From Nitrosopumilus sp. (GTDB taxonomy: Archaea; Thermoproteota; Nitrososphaeria; Nitrososphaerales; Nitrosopumilaceae), in the NCBI GenBank assembly GCA_965214775.1, contig OZ243974.1:2752001-2816000 (forward strand): a stretch of DNA of 64,000 nt, in the 5' to 3' direction. Shown in pieces: positions 43,266 through 53,957 of this stretch; position 1 is the stretch's first letter; each line of letters starts with the position of its first letter. The notes below the pieces were generated by a model, which searched no databases, was not told the DNA's origin, and saw only the letters and a list, made by a program, of their open reading frames with translations. Made by a program: the position numbers and the translations under genes.

Positions 43266-44303
43266 ATGGAAAACATGGCAAAGGGTTTGCTGTTTGCCGA
43301 TTACCGATTGTACAACTATCAGATTGCGTGTCCGGTCTGCGGCCGTTTAAGGGACGTTCAAAGAACTGATTTTTGGTGGTCTCTCAAGTACCCAAAGGTA
43401 TCTGCGTTTTTGATGCCATACCGGCTGAATAACGTCACGTCGTTTCTCCGCACCCTGCCGGACTTTCTGATAATAGGCATTGCCAAGTCAGGAACCACAT
43501 CACTGTACGGCCTGATAAGCGCGCATCCGAACGTGGTTCCGGCACGGGTCAAGGAGGTGCACTATTTTACCGATTCACGGCATTATGAGATGGGTACGCT
43601 GTGGTACCGCGCCAAGTTTCCAAGCGTATTGTACAAACGCTGGCTTGCCCTACGGCGGCACGGCCAAAAAATACTGTCCGGCGAGGCATCCTCCACCTAT
43701 TTGTTCCACCCGATGGTACCTGGCAGGGCCAAGGCACTGCTTCCCGATGTCAAGCTGATCGTGATACTGCGCAACCCCGTCGACCGTGCCTACTCTGAAT
43801 ATCACATGCAGATCAGGGATCGATACGAGTCGCTGACATTTGAGGATGCAATAGAGGCAGAAAAAGACAGGATCTCATACGAGATGGAAAGAGTCAGATC
43901 TGATCCGCAATTTTATTGGAGCAACCTGCACCATTATTCCTATCTGCAAAAGGGACATTATGCAGAACAGCTGACTCGCTGGTTCAGATACTACGACAAA
44001 GACCGGTTTCTCATCCTGACCATGGAGGAACTAGAGGCAGATCAGCGGGGCGTACTTGACCGGGTCTTTGAGTTCCTGGGACTTGAGCCGTTTGATGTAA
44101 GCGGCCTTGACTCCTTGCCGAGTCATTCGTGGACAAAGCAATTCATACGCAAGCCGTCCGATGAGACTGATCGTGGGTTGTTAAACGCATACAGTTACGG
44201 CGCGATGAAGCCCAAGACGCGTGCAATGTTGCTGGATTATTTCAAGCCCCACAACAAACGGCTGTCTGAACTCTTGCAGCGTGACTTTGACTGGGACAGA
44301 TGA
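43266..44303 (+). CDS. PAPS-dependent sulfotransferase
   Basis: IGIAKSGTTSL (5'-PSB), KEVHYF, LRNPVDRAYS (3'-PB), DYFKPHNKRLSELL. Confidence 0.92.
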   Translation: MENMAKGLLFADYRLYNYQIACPVCGRLRDVQRTDFWWSLKYPKVSAFLMPYRLNNVTSFLRTLPDFLIIGIAKSGTTSLYGLISAHPNVVPARVKEVHYFTDSRHYEMGTLWYRAKFPSVLYKRWLALRRHGQKILSGEASSTYLFHPMVPGRAKALLPDVKLIVILRNPVDRAYSEYHMQIRDRYESLTFEDAIEAEKDRISYEMERVRSDPQFYWSNLHHYSYLQKGHYAEQLTRWFRYYDKDRFLILTMEELEADQRGVLDRVFEFLGLEPFDVSGLDSLPSHSWTKQFIRKPSDETDRGLLNAYSYGAMKPKTRAMLLDYFKPHNKRLSELLQRDFDWDR

Positions 44304-44726
44304 TTTGCACGGTATCCGTTCATCTGTCCGTACCATACATTGGCTCATTTTTACGGCCTTTCTTGTTCCTGAGAGGCATGGAGGAGGCGGTTCAAGATTA
44401 GAAATTGCAGATGCTCGGATTTTTCTGTACGTTTGCTAAGCGATTTTACATGCAGGCAACTTGTAACTTGCAGGCATTTTGATTAGACCTATATCCATGT
44501 GTCGGGTTTATAAGAATTCCACGCGCAACGGTGTTGTGAGGCATAGCATTGGCTGGGGGTCTCTTCCTGACAATCCCAAAATGAAGGTCGGACATTTATC
44601 TATACGAGGATCTCCCTCAGCACCATTCTTCATCCATTTGTCAGAACCATTCTGCAGTTACTAAACGAGGATCTCCCTCAACTAGGTCAACGCAGATTAA
44701 AGTTCTAACTGTAATGATGATGATAT

Positions 44727-45092
44727 TCATTTCACACACATATATCTCCTATGCCTTGATTGAAGGTCATCCACTTCTTTAGCATCCAGTATGATATGCG
44801 CAGCAGCTTGGATGCTGCAACCACTGCGGACTTGGACCTTTCCCCTCTTCTTTACAAACATCTTCTTTATCTCGCTTTCCTTGTTGCTTATTTTTGTGTT
44901 CCTCAGAACCTTCCTGTTCTTGTCCATCACCGCGACCTGGATGGACTCCTTGTGCACGTCCAGGCCGACATACTGCTGCTGCTGTTGCCGTTGCACCGCC
45001 TTTGATTTCACACATATCCTCTTTTTTGGGGCAATCTGTTTGTTTGCATCGCAATTTATTTTGGCATCATCTGAATTTCGTTTTTGAGACAC
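44727..45092 (-). pseudogene. IS110 transposase N-terminal fragment
   Basis: YVGLDVHKESIQVAVMD. Confidence 0.8.
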
Positions 45093-45113
45093 ACATGGTT
45101 ACTAGGCCAAAAA

Positions 45114-45377
45114 CTAGTACTGATCGCTAGGATTTCTTTTATGTGGTGTATTCATATAAACAGAATGAAAGAATTCAAATCTCAGTTTTACTGGTTCAAA
45201 AATAGCTTCAAGCACGTCGCGTAAGAATCCCTGATCTGTTTTTGGGATCCAAACTTCTTCCTGTGTTATTGTGTGGATGCAAAAAATGGTAGTAGCACCA
45301 TCCGGATTACGTACATTAAACCCCAACATTTTGAGTGCATCTATAGTATCATCAGTGTTATACCTTTGACCACTCAA
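45114..45377 (-). CDS. Divergent HicA-like toxin candidate
   Basis: DALKMLGFNV..., size and position downstream of a HicB-like gene; lacks the GSH motif. Confidence 0.5.
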   Translation of the reverse strand: MSGQRYNTDDTIDALKMLGFNVRNPDGATTIFCIHTITQEEVWIPKTDQGFLRDVLEAIFEPVKLRFEFFHSVYMNTPHKRNPSDQY

Positions 45378-45385
45378 GTAATCTT

Positions 45386-45592
45386 TTAGAGGATAACTTC
45401 CTTAGGTGTATTGAAGATTTCGTCTTCCTTCTCTGGAAATATTTTCAAATAATCTTTTACAGATTTCACTAAATTGTCACCTGCCTCCTCTTTGGTACTT
45501 CCAAATGCGGTGACTTTATCGTTGGCCATACAACGCGCAACATATCCTTCCTTTACTTTCTTGAGATCATATGTAATTATTTTTCCACCCAT
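45386..45592 (-). CDS. HicB-like antitoxin
   Basis: EGYVARC...TAFGSTKEEAGDNLVKSVKDYL pattern. Confidence 0.75.
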   Translation of the reverse strand: MGGKIITYDLKKVKEGYVARCMANDKVTAFGSTKEEAGDNLVKSVKDYLKIFPEKEDEIFNTPKEVIL

Positions 45593-45643
45593 GCGAATTC
45601 TTCCAATGCTGACAATTTAAACCTTAAAGAATTTGCTTATAAG

Positions 45644-46708
45644 TCTATTGTACGAAAATTAGGTCGCACTAATTTGAGGAGGATTGCAAAGGATTACTTT
45701 AGGCTTTACCGATCAAGAAAACCGATGGTTGTAAGGCTCGAGGCAAAGCAGATCAGATACGCAGTGACGCAATGTGCAGGGGGACGAAAGCCCTCGGAGG
45801 TGGCCCCGGAGATAGGCGTCACGACAAGGCACGTCCAGCGGATGTATGCCCGGTTCAGGAAGACAGGCGACACGCACCACGTGCCGCTCAAGCCGGGAAG
45901 GAAAAAGAGCGCCCCGGTTCCCGACGGGGACATGCGCGCAGTCCTGGAGGAGTACAAACACAGTGCAGCAGGGGTGGTTCATACGGCCAAGAGGCTGCGA
46001 AGGCAACTCGATATAAGCTACTACGAGGTATACAGGATAATGAAAGAAAACGGGCTGGTGACGCCATCGGCTGCAAAATCAATGCCCAGAAAATACGTCC
46101 GCTTTGAGCGCAAATACTCCAATGCCATGTGGCACGTGGACTGGCATACCATGAAGGATCCGCGCTTTGCAGGGCTCAATTTGGTCACGTTCCTAGACGA
46201 CTCGTCCAGGTGCGTGACTGGTGCGGGCCTGTTCAGGGAGGCCACCTCAGAAAACGTCGTGGCGGTCCTGCGGCAGGCCGTGGCCCAGTTCGGCGCGCCT
46301 GCCACCATACTCTCAGACAACGGCAAGTGCTTTGTCGGGGCGCGCTCGGATCCGAAGAAGAAGAAGAGTCCGCCCAAGGGCGGATGGAGGCCCACTGCCT
46401 TTGAGGAGGAGCTGCTCAACTGCGAAATCGGGCTGATAAACTCCAGGCCGTATCACCCGCAGACCAATGGCAAACTGGAGAGATTCCACAGGAGCATCGA
46501 GGAGGAGATATGGAACCACAAGAGTCTGTCTGCATACATCGACTACTATAACGAGGACAGGCTGCACTGGTCGCTTGACATCGACAACTACGAGACGCCG
46601 CTGCGGGCATTCTCCGACAGGGAGGCCACAGAAGCGATCAGGAAAAACAACCCAAGATGGATGGAGGAGGACATTGGTGATGGTGCGACATAATTTTCAT
46701 ATAATACA
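45644..46708 (+). mobile_element. Intact IS481-family element (transposase 45674-46693)
   Basis: Imperfect 26-bp TIRs; 15-bp TSD GAATTTGCTTATAAG at 45629-45643 and 46709-46723. Confidence 0.95.
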
Positions 46709-46802
46709 GAATTTGCTTATAAGAGCGGAGATATGTGGTCGCCTGCCCCTCCTACCAATCAGGCACAAATTGGTATGTGCAACTATATGGTCTTCGTGCC
46801 TA

Positions 46803-47427
46803 TACTGATGATCATTGAAAATTTCACCTGATTACACGCCTTGTGAAGGTTTATGGATCTCCATCCATGGCCATCCTGACATGAACAAGACGAAAACCCT
46901 CACGGATGCCATGCGTGTCGAAAAGGATCTCAAGATTCACACCAGAATCCTGGCGGTGCGCTCCGTGCTGCTTGGCAACACCATCGCACAGACCGCAGAG
47001 ATTGCCAACGTGACACATCGTACCGTACAGATGTGGATCAAGAGATTCGATCTTGACGGCGTTGACGGCCTCCGTGACTCCCCTGACAGGGGCAAAAAGC
47101 CAAAGGTTCCGGTCGGCAGGATAAAAAAGATCGCCACAAAGTTGCGCAGGATGGGAAAGATCACCCCGAAGAAGCTGTGCAACTGGGTGCGCCGCAGGCT
47201 GCATGTCACATACAGCGTGGGAAGCATCAGAAGAATCCTGCGCACGATGGGATTCTCGCTAAAGACGTCAACCACCAGGCTGGCAGATGCTGCCGACGCA
47301 AAGGCTGTAAGACGGTGGCAAGGGGCGACAAGAACCGCGATTGCGCTTGCAAAAAGGCGCGGATTTAGGATAACCGTACAGGACGAGTCGATATTCGTCA
47401 GTACGGGAAGGGACGGTAGAAAGTTCT
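46803..47427 (+). pseudogene. IS630 transposase 5' part, truncated by IS66
   Basis: HTH region and first catalytic motif VQDES; ends at the IS66 TIR. Confidence 0.85.
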
Positions 47428-50400
47428 GTACAACTTCAGGTCCTTTTTATACTGACAGTCAAACATTTTTGGGCAGCATCTTATGATCAGATGCCCCTGC
47501 GAACATGGCTGAACATCAGACATTTGTGATCAGATATTGCAGGTTTGGAATTTACGGGAGTGACATAATATCGGCATCTTGGTCAAAGAATTTCGATGGA
47601 AATCTTTTTTGATCTTGCCTGTCTGATGTAACATATGGACTCCAAAGCCGTGCTTGCACACTGTACGGATCCTGGAAAGGCACTTGTCATGATCATGGAG
47701 CAGGATGAGAAGATCTCCGGGCTGGAAAAAGAACTCTCTATTGTCAAGAAGGAGAATGCTGATGTCAAGAAGGAGAACTCTAAGCTCCGGGCAAGGCTTG
47801 CCCTGTACGAGAGTCCCAACATGCCCACGTCCACGCCGTCATTATACAATGATGCCAGAAGAAAGTTCAGGGAGAAAAGGGGCGAGGATCCCGGCGGCAG
47901 TCCCGGCGATGCTGCTCGGGGCAAGAAACGCGGCCCTCCGTGCGGACACCATGGTACATCGCACGGCAACCGGCCATCCATGACATTAAGGTACGATCTT
48001 GGCTCCAAAATATGCCCAAAGTGCAACATCCAGTTACGGATGCTCAAGCCGATCCACAAGCTTGTCAACGACCTAGATGACTCCATGCGCATGCTCACTG
48101 CCAATGCCATCATCCAAAACGCGGTGTGTCCACAGTGCAATACCGTGCATGTCGCAGCTACCCCGTTTCTAAGCGGCACGTCACTTGGGCCCGTCTCACT
48201 CTCTCTAATCATGATGTTCTTTGAGAAGGGAAACACAGACGAGGACATTGCAGAGTACTTTCAGTATATGTTTGGATTCAAGATGGCCCCAAATACCGTG
48301 ACTGCCGCCCGGCACGCAGTGGCAGAGGCGATTCAACAAAACATGATACAACGCATACAGTCATTCATTGCGGGCAGGCCGTGGATACAGATGGACGAGA
48401 CCGGCTTTAAGCGCGGCGACGGACACATGGGATACGTCTGGGTGCTCAACTGCGAGGGGGCGTGTTTTGTGGTCTTTGCAGATTCCCGGTCCTCCGAGGT
48501 ACTGCACACGCACTTTGGATGGCTGGATCCCAAGACTCCCATAGTCGTAGACGGGCTGGCCCAGTACAAGCTGTTCTTTGTGACAATCCAGAGGTGCTGG
48601 AGGCACCTTCTGGCATATGCAGAAAAGCTTGCAGTAAAGATGCCCGAAGGCGATAACGAGAAAAGGTATGACTTGCTGCTGGAATTTTACAGGAAGATAG
48701 ATAAAATCAAGACGCTTGCGCCGCTTACATGCATGGAGCTTTCCAGGGAAGTATACAAAATAATCAACCCGTATGAGGACGTTCACGTGCGTAGTATCCT
48801 CGGCTACCAATTGATCACAAAAAGGACAATTTTTTTCAACCAAAGGATCTAAGAGCTATTAGTCCCATATATACACATGAAAGGAAAGAAGGAATTACCG
48901 ACGGGAACAGCGTTCCTGTACGGGATAGCAAGCAAGGACGAGCTTTTTAGGATGCACAAGTCCGAGAAGGACGCCAAGGCGGCAATCCGGCTCCTTGCAT
49001 ACCACATGAGAAAGTGCGGCGCGAGCATATATGATATTGCCGAGAAGCTGAGCAGGCCGTATGGAACCGTACGATACTGGCTGGTGCGTGCGCACAAGCA
49101 TGGCCTGGAGGGCAGGTTTGACATAAAGCATGGCGCCCCGTGCAGGCTCGACAAGAAACAGCTTGAACGGCTGCGCGCAGACCTGATCAAGGGCCCGGAC
49201 AACTGCGGCTTTAAGGCCACAACATGGACAGGGCCGCTGGTCATTGCCCACGTCAAAAAGAAGTTCGGCATCACGTATGCAGAAACGAGCATGTACGACC
49301 TGCTGCACAGAATCGGCTTCTCATGCAGAAAGCCCAGGCCAAAACACCCAAAATCAGCCTCAGAATCCGAGAAAAAGGAGTTCAAAAAAAAAGCTAGGCA
49401 GAGCGCAAAGTACTATTCAAAAAAGGGGTACACGGTAATGATAGGCGACGAGTCCATGTTCATACTGGGATGGAACGTCAAGAACAGCTGGTACCCCGTA
49501 GGAGAGCCGGTCTATACGCCCGTCAGCCTGTCTAGGAAGCGGTTCTATGTCATAGGGGCCCTCTCAAGAAACAGGTTTGACTATCGCTTTTACGAAAAGG
49601 CCAACACGGGAACATTCTACAAGTTTCTCAGGACACTGCGCCGCAAGTACGGCAAGGTGTTGTTGTTTGTCGACAACGCATCGTACCACAAGTCAGCAGA
49701 ACTCAATAGAAAGATGGCCAAGTGGAACGGGGACGTGGTGCTAAAGTACCTGCCGCCGTACGCGCCGGAGCTTAACAACTCGGAGGGGCAGTGGCGCGGG
49801 TTCAAAAAGGCGACTTCAAACTGCCTTTACAAGACCGTCAAGGAGATGCAGAGATCACTGCGCAGTATGACGCGCAGGGGCGAGATAAAGGTGGTAAAGA
49901 TGAACAAATGGCTGACGTAGATACTACGTACACACCTGCTAAACGCCATACATGACATGTTTACGTGTCTGGCGCATCGGGGAATGCCGCTGCACAACAA
50001 CGATACGGAGCGGTGCATACGCGACGGGATCATACCACAACGCAATGCTCGCCACAAGATCGTAACTGACGGCGGAAGAAAGACGGCTTCTGCACTGCTG
50101 ACGTTCTCGATGACATGTCGCAAGCAGAATATACATCCTGCCGGCGGACTTTTGAAATACCTGCGGAATCCGGGCTGGGATATCTTTGCAGAAGCAGGAG
50201 ATGATGATGATAATGCGCGCCTGCTGTCCTCGCTTGTCAATACGGACGGTACAAGATACAGCGTCTTTGAGTGTCCCGGGCCGCCGCCGGTGTGGCCGCC
50301 TGTAGTCGATGATGACGCAGGCAGCAGAGGAGGAGCGGTACGCCGGAACCGGACGGCCGTCGTACCAGTAGTAGCAGCTCCGATAGTAACAACATGATCC

Positions 50401-50676
50401 GTCTGGCGCCTACGGGACGGCGTAACCCGTAGCTTCATATCCAAAGATCTGACCGTGTAGGCAAGTCTGCCAGTCAACAACGCCTGACAAATCTGACAAT
50501 GCTGGTTTCCTGCAGGTGCCGTCTGCCAATAATCTGTTGTCTGCGCGCTGCCGGTCTTGCATATACAAGGGACGTGTGGTGATGATGTAGCGGGTCTGTC
50601 ACAGCAGATGCGGAAGGATCAAAAAGTTCCGGGCAAAAAGTTCCCTAGTCAGTATAAAAAGGACCTGAAGTTGTAC
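47428..50676 (+). mobile_element. IS66-family element (single-ORF type), transposase 47635-50397 interrupted by IS630 B
   Basis: Perfect 29-bp TIR GTACAACTTCAGGTCCTTTTTATACTGAC; QMDETG, QRCWRHLL, HNNDTERCIR. Confidence 0.92.
48792..49926 (+). mobile_element. IS630 element B, copy 2, intact (transposase 48877-49920)
   Basis: GDES, VDNASYH, PELNNSE; ends TAGTATC/GATACTA flanked by CG. Confidence 0.93.
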
Positions 50677-51116
50677 AATTTTCATATGAAACATAATCCT
50701 TAATTGATTTTTAGCCCTTCTTTCTGTCTGGTTTCGTGATTCCTTTTCTTACAAGCCTGTTGTGCCGCATCTTGCGATTCGTCTCAAAGGATAACTCGGG
50801 AGCTGCCAGATCGGTTCTGGTATTCGGGCGCTTGTTTTCCTACAAGCAGCCAGCACAGCCTTCCAAGATCCCGGCGATTTGCTCAGAATCATGCTTTAGC
50901 AGCGATTCAAAGTCTCCTGCATGCCCTCGACAAATCCCTGCAATTTTACAAGCTTTGAGCTTTGGAATTTTGCATCCGTGTGCCTCTTTTGAGGCATCTG
51001 CGGTTGGCGGCTTGGCAAACCCTCTAAAACGCCTGTCACGTTACGATGGCGCCTTCTTTTGCCACCAGACCTGAACGCCTCTGAGAACCAAAATGCACGA
51101 CGTTTTGCAGAATATT

Positions 51117-51533
51117 TCAGGTGCTGCTTTTGATGCGCATGATCTTGGTTTTATCCATGACGACCCAGTATTCGACATTTTGGCCGTTCTCCAACCTGTC
51201 TTTTACCTCGTCATCAATCATGGACACATCGATGGTCTCAAAGGTTTCAGAATCCATCACTTGGACCGTATCACCATTAATTGAGATGATCTGGCCGACC
51301 TTTTTGTTGATCATGGGCACGTGAATCTGCATGCTGACCGGCCCCACATGAGGCCTCTTTTGGCCATCAAAGATTCCCTCGGCAACAATTCTTGCCTTTG
51401 CCGCCCCGTGTTTTCCGGGTTTTGACGTATCATATTCTACAATCCTGCACGGTTCGCCACTTGGCTGATCAGAATGCGGCAGCAAAATGTATGACCCGAT
51501 TTTTAGCGAACCAAGGTCAGAGGGTTTGCTCAT
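51117..51533 (-). CDS. eif5a: Translation factor aIF5A
   Basis: SKPGKHGAAK hypusine motif. Confidence 0.97.
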   Translation of the reverse strand: MSKPSDLGSLKIGSYILLPHSDQPSGEPCRIVEYDTSKPGKHGAAKARIVAEGIFDGQKRPHVGPVSMQIHVPMINKKVGQIISINGDTVQVMDSETFETIDVSMIDDEVKDRLENGQNVEYWVVMDKTKIMRIKSST

Positions 51534-51567
51534 GAAAAGGCAGGTTTTTGTCGAATATTTAACTTTT

Positions 51568-52179
51568 CTACTTTAGCTGATCAAGAAGAGACAGGCTTAT
51601 CAGATTTGTCATTGTCAGTCCCTTTCTGTTTGCATCCCTTCGGGTTTGCTCACAGTATTTTTTCACGCTTTGATGGCTCTTTTTGCTGGCCACCTCGATT
51701 ACGACGATATTATTTGAATAGGGAAAAGTGAATCTTGAAGGAGTAGTACAGTACGTCTTCATGTTTCCCAGGCCGGCCTTTTCGATTTTTTCCCTTTTCA
51801 GCAAAAGATTTGCAATTTCCTGTAAATCCTCGCCTTCCTTGTCATACTCCAAATAGTAAACAGAGACAAAGTTGATTTCTCCCAATATTTCACGTTCAAA
51901 AAGATCGTCTTTGATATTGAATACAAAGGAGAGTTTTTCCTGATTGTGAGATTCCAAATCAGCATAAATTTTCGAACTGTCCTTAAATTTTGCCAAGAGA
52001 TAATGGTTGGTTGAATCTGAAAAAAAAGGCCTGCTGTCATCAGAGAATGTTCCGGTCACAAAATATAACGATTCAATATTTCTTGACTTTGTCCAGGAAT
52101 CTTTCAATTCCACTGATTCATGTGTGTGAAGGTATGGCGCGCACACATACCCAGAATAGGACATTTCCAGTTCAGACAC
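51568..52179 (-). CDS. Hypothetical protein
   Basis: 203-aa ORF with backbone composition. Confidence 0.75.
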   Translation of the reverse strand: MSELEMSYSGYVCAPYLHTHESVELKDSWTKSRNIESLYFVTGTFSDDSRPFFSDSTNHYLLAKFKDSSKIYADLESHNQEKLSFVFNIKDDLFEREILGEINFVSVYYLEYDKEGEDLQEIANLLLKREKIEKAGLGNMKTYCTTPSRFTFPYSNNIVVIEVASKKSHQSVKKYCEQTRRDANRKGLTMTNLISLSLLDQLK

Positions 52180-52288
52180 AAGTCAACCTCAGCGCTGGTG
52201 AGTATTTATGCCTATTCAGAATTCTACGATCATGAGATCGGCTTGCCTACAATGGTTTTTTAATAGCAGGGATCTTCGTTTTTCTTGT

Positions 52289-52415
52289 CCCGTGGTAGCT
52301 CAGCCTGGTAGAGCTTCCGGCTGTAGTTGTTGGCTTTAGATGGCTTACAGAACAACAGCATATCAGGCATACAGAAACCGGGTTGTCGGTGGTTCAACTC
52401 CGCCCCGCGGGACCA
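52289..52415 (+). tRNA. tRNA-Tyr(GTA) with ~50-nt intron at 37/38 (52327-52376) and encoded CCA
   Basis: Acceptor CCCGTGG/CCGCGGG-A-CCA, D arm TAGCTCAGCCTGGTAGAGC, anticodon CT-GTA-G, T loop GGTTCAACTCC. Confidence 0.95.
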
Positions 52416-52453
52416 TCAATCAAGTTTAAACCCTCAGCCTGCATACCATAAGT

Positions 52454-53800
52454 ATGAAGCCACCTGCAAAGGCAGTCACAAAGAACAGGGTTGCCAAAAA
52501 TCTTGATGAAAAATTGGACATCCACGGATATGACAAGATCCTACAAAGAGTATGGAGGCAGATCAAAGACGACCTGCCCGAGTACGTGGAGATGTACCAG
52601 AAATACGAAGACTTGCTGGTCACCCAGTCAAAGTCAAAGTCGTCGAAGATCAACAACATGAGAAACCTGTTATCACTGGGAAGAATCCTGAAGTCCAAAG
52701 GGTATGGCTGGCAGACAATCACCAGAGAACAGGTGGTGGATGTTCAGGCCTACATCATGAGGACATGGGCAGATGCAGACGGAAAGGAGACATGGCATAC
52801 GTCAGATCACAAGAAATTTCTGATGCTGTTTGTGAGATGGCTGAAGACCGGCAAGAGAGAATACGACAAGAAGATACCAGAACCGGAGGAGATTCTTGAC
52901 ATCACGATCAAAAGAGTGGGACAGAAACTCACAAGAAACGAGCTGCTAAAGCAGGGCGAGATCAGCGAGCTTCTTGAGGCGTGCGGGGACAACCTAAGGG
53001 ACAAGGCCTTGATCTCAGTTCATGCCGAGGCCGGGGACAGGGCAGGTGAAACACTGAACATCCGTATCGGGCATGTGACGTTTTTGAACAACGGCGGCGC
53101 CGTGATTCGCGTAAATGGTAAGACGGGAAAGAGGGATGTCCACCTGGTAAAATCCGTTCCGGAATTATCGGCATGGATCAACTCGCATCCAAGAAAAAAG
53201 GACAGGTTTGCGCCGTTGTGGCTGGACAGGTACGGTAGTTTTCTCAGCTATCCGGGGGCCAGGGCCGTTTTCAAGAGGCGTGTGAAGATGGCCATACGAA
53301 GCGCCGAGAATGTGGGAAAGGCCAGCACCCTGAGCGACAAGCGCGTGTTCATGACGCTATTCAGGCATACTGAAATCACAAACAACGCCAAATGGATGTC
53401 GTCCCAGCTGTCAAAGAAGAGGCACGGATGGACCCCGGATTCGGACGTGATTGCAAACTATGAGCATCTGATAGATGACGACGTGCAGAATGCGACGTTT
53501 AGTCACTACGGGCTGGAGGTCGAAAAATCAAGGGAGGACGAGGAATGCATGCCAAAGGTCTGCAACGTCTGCAAGAAGCACAACTCCTCGACGTCGATAC
53601 TTTGCGAGCAGTGCGGCAGGGCTCTGACGCTGAAGGACGCAATCGAGATCGAGGAAAAGACGGCAGTGGAAAAGGAGCAGACCGACGACGAGGTCAAGAG
53701 ACTCGAGCAGGTGACTGCCAACCAGGGCAAGAGGATGAAGATAATGGAGGAGAAGCTGGACGCCCTGACTGAAATCCTAAAGCAGCAGGGCAGTCACTGA
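52454..53800 (+). CDS. Tyrosine recombinase/integrase with C-terminal zinc ribbon and coiled coil
   Basis: GDRAGE (R), GKTG (K), TLFRH, RHGW, ANYEH (Y); CNVC..CEQCG; directly downstream of the tRNA. Confidence 0.92.
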   Translation: MKPPAKAVTKNRVAKNLDEKLDIHGYDKILQRVWRQIKDDLPEYVEMYQKYEDLLVTQSKSKSSKINNMRNLLSLGRILKSKGYGWQTITREQVVDVQAYIMRTWADADGKETWHTSDHKKFLMLFVRWLKTGKREYDKKIPEPEEILDITIKRVGQKLTRNELLKQGEISELLEACGDNLRDKALISVHAEAGDRAGETLNIRIGHVTFLNNGGAVIRVNGKTGKRDVHLVKSVPELSAWINSHPRKKDRFAPLWLDRYGSFLSYPGARAVFKRRVKMAIRSAENVGKASTLSDKRVFMTLFRHTEITNNAKWMSSQLSKKRHGWTPDSDVIANYEHLIDDDVQNATFSHYGLEVEKSREDEECMPKVCNVCKKHNSSTSILCEQCGRALTLKDAIEIEEKTAVEKEQTDDEVKRLEQVTANQGKRMKIMEEKLDALTEILKQQGSH

Positions 53801-53850
53801 CGTGTCACATATGCGACCATTCCCAAGATGTTTGCGGTCAAGAAATACGG

Positions 53851-53957
53851 TAGAGAATCAGTTGAGAGATGATTCGGAATTAGAAACCAATCCAAGTAAT
53901 CTCTTTCTTTTCCTCGATATTAGAAAATCAGTTGAGAGATGATTCGGAATTAGAAAC
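53851..53957. repeat. 37-bp direct repeat (1 mismatch) flanking a 33-bp insert; CRISPR-like mini unit
   Basis: TAGA(G/A)AATCAGTTGAGAGATGATTCGGAATTAGAAAC at 53851-53887 and 53921-53957. Confidence 0.88.

Noticed and set aside
47635-48852. 405-aa ORF as a complete IS66 transposase
   Set aside because: The C-terminal SILGYQLITKRTIFFNQRI derives from element B; the native remainder is at 49929-50397.
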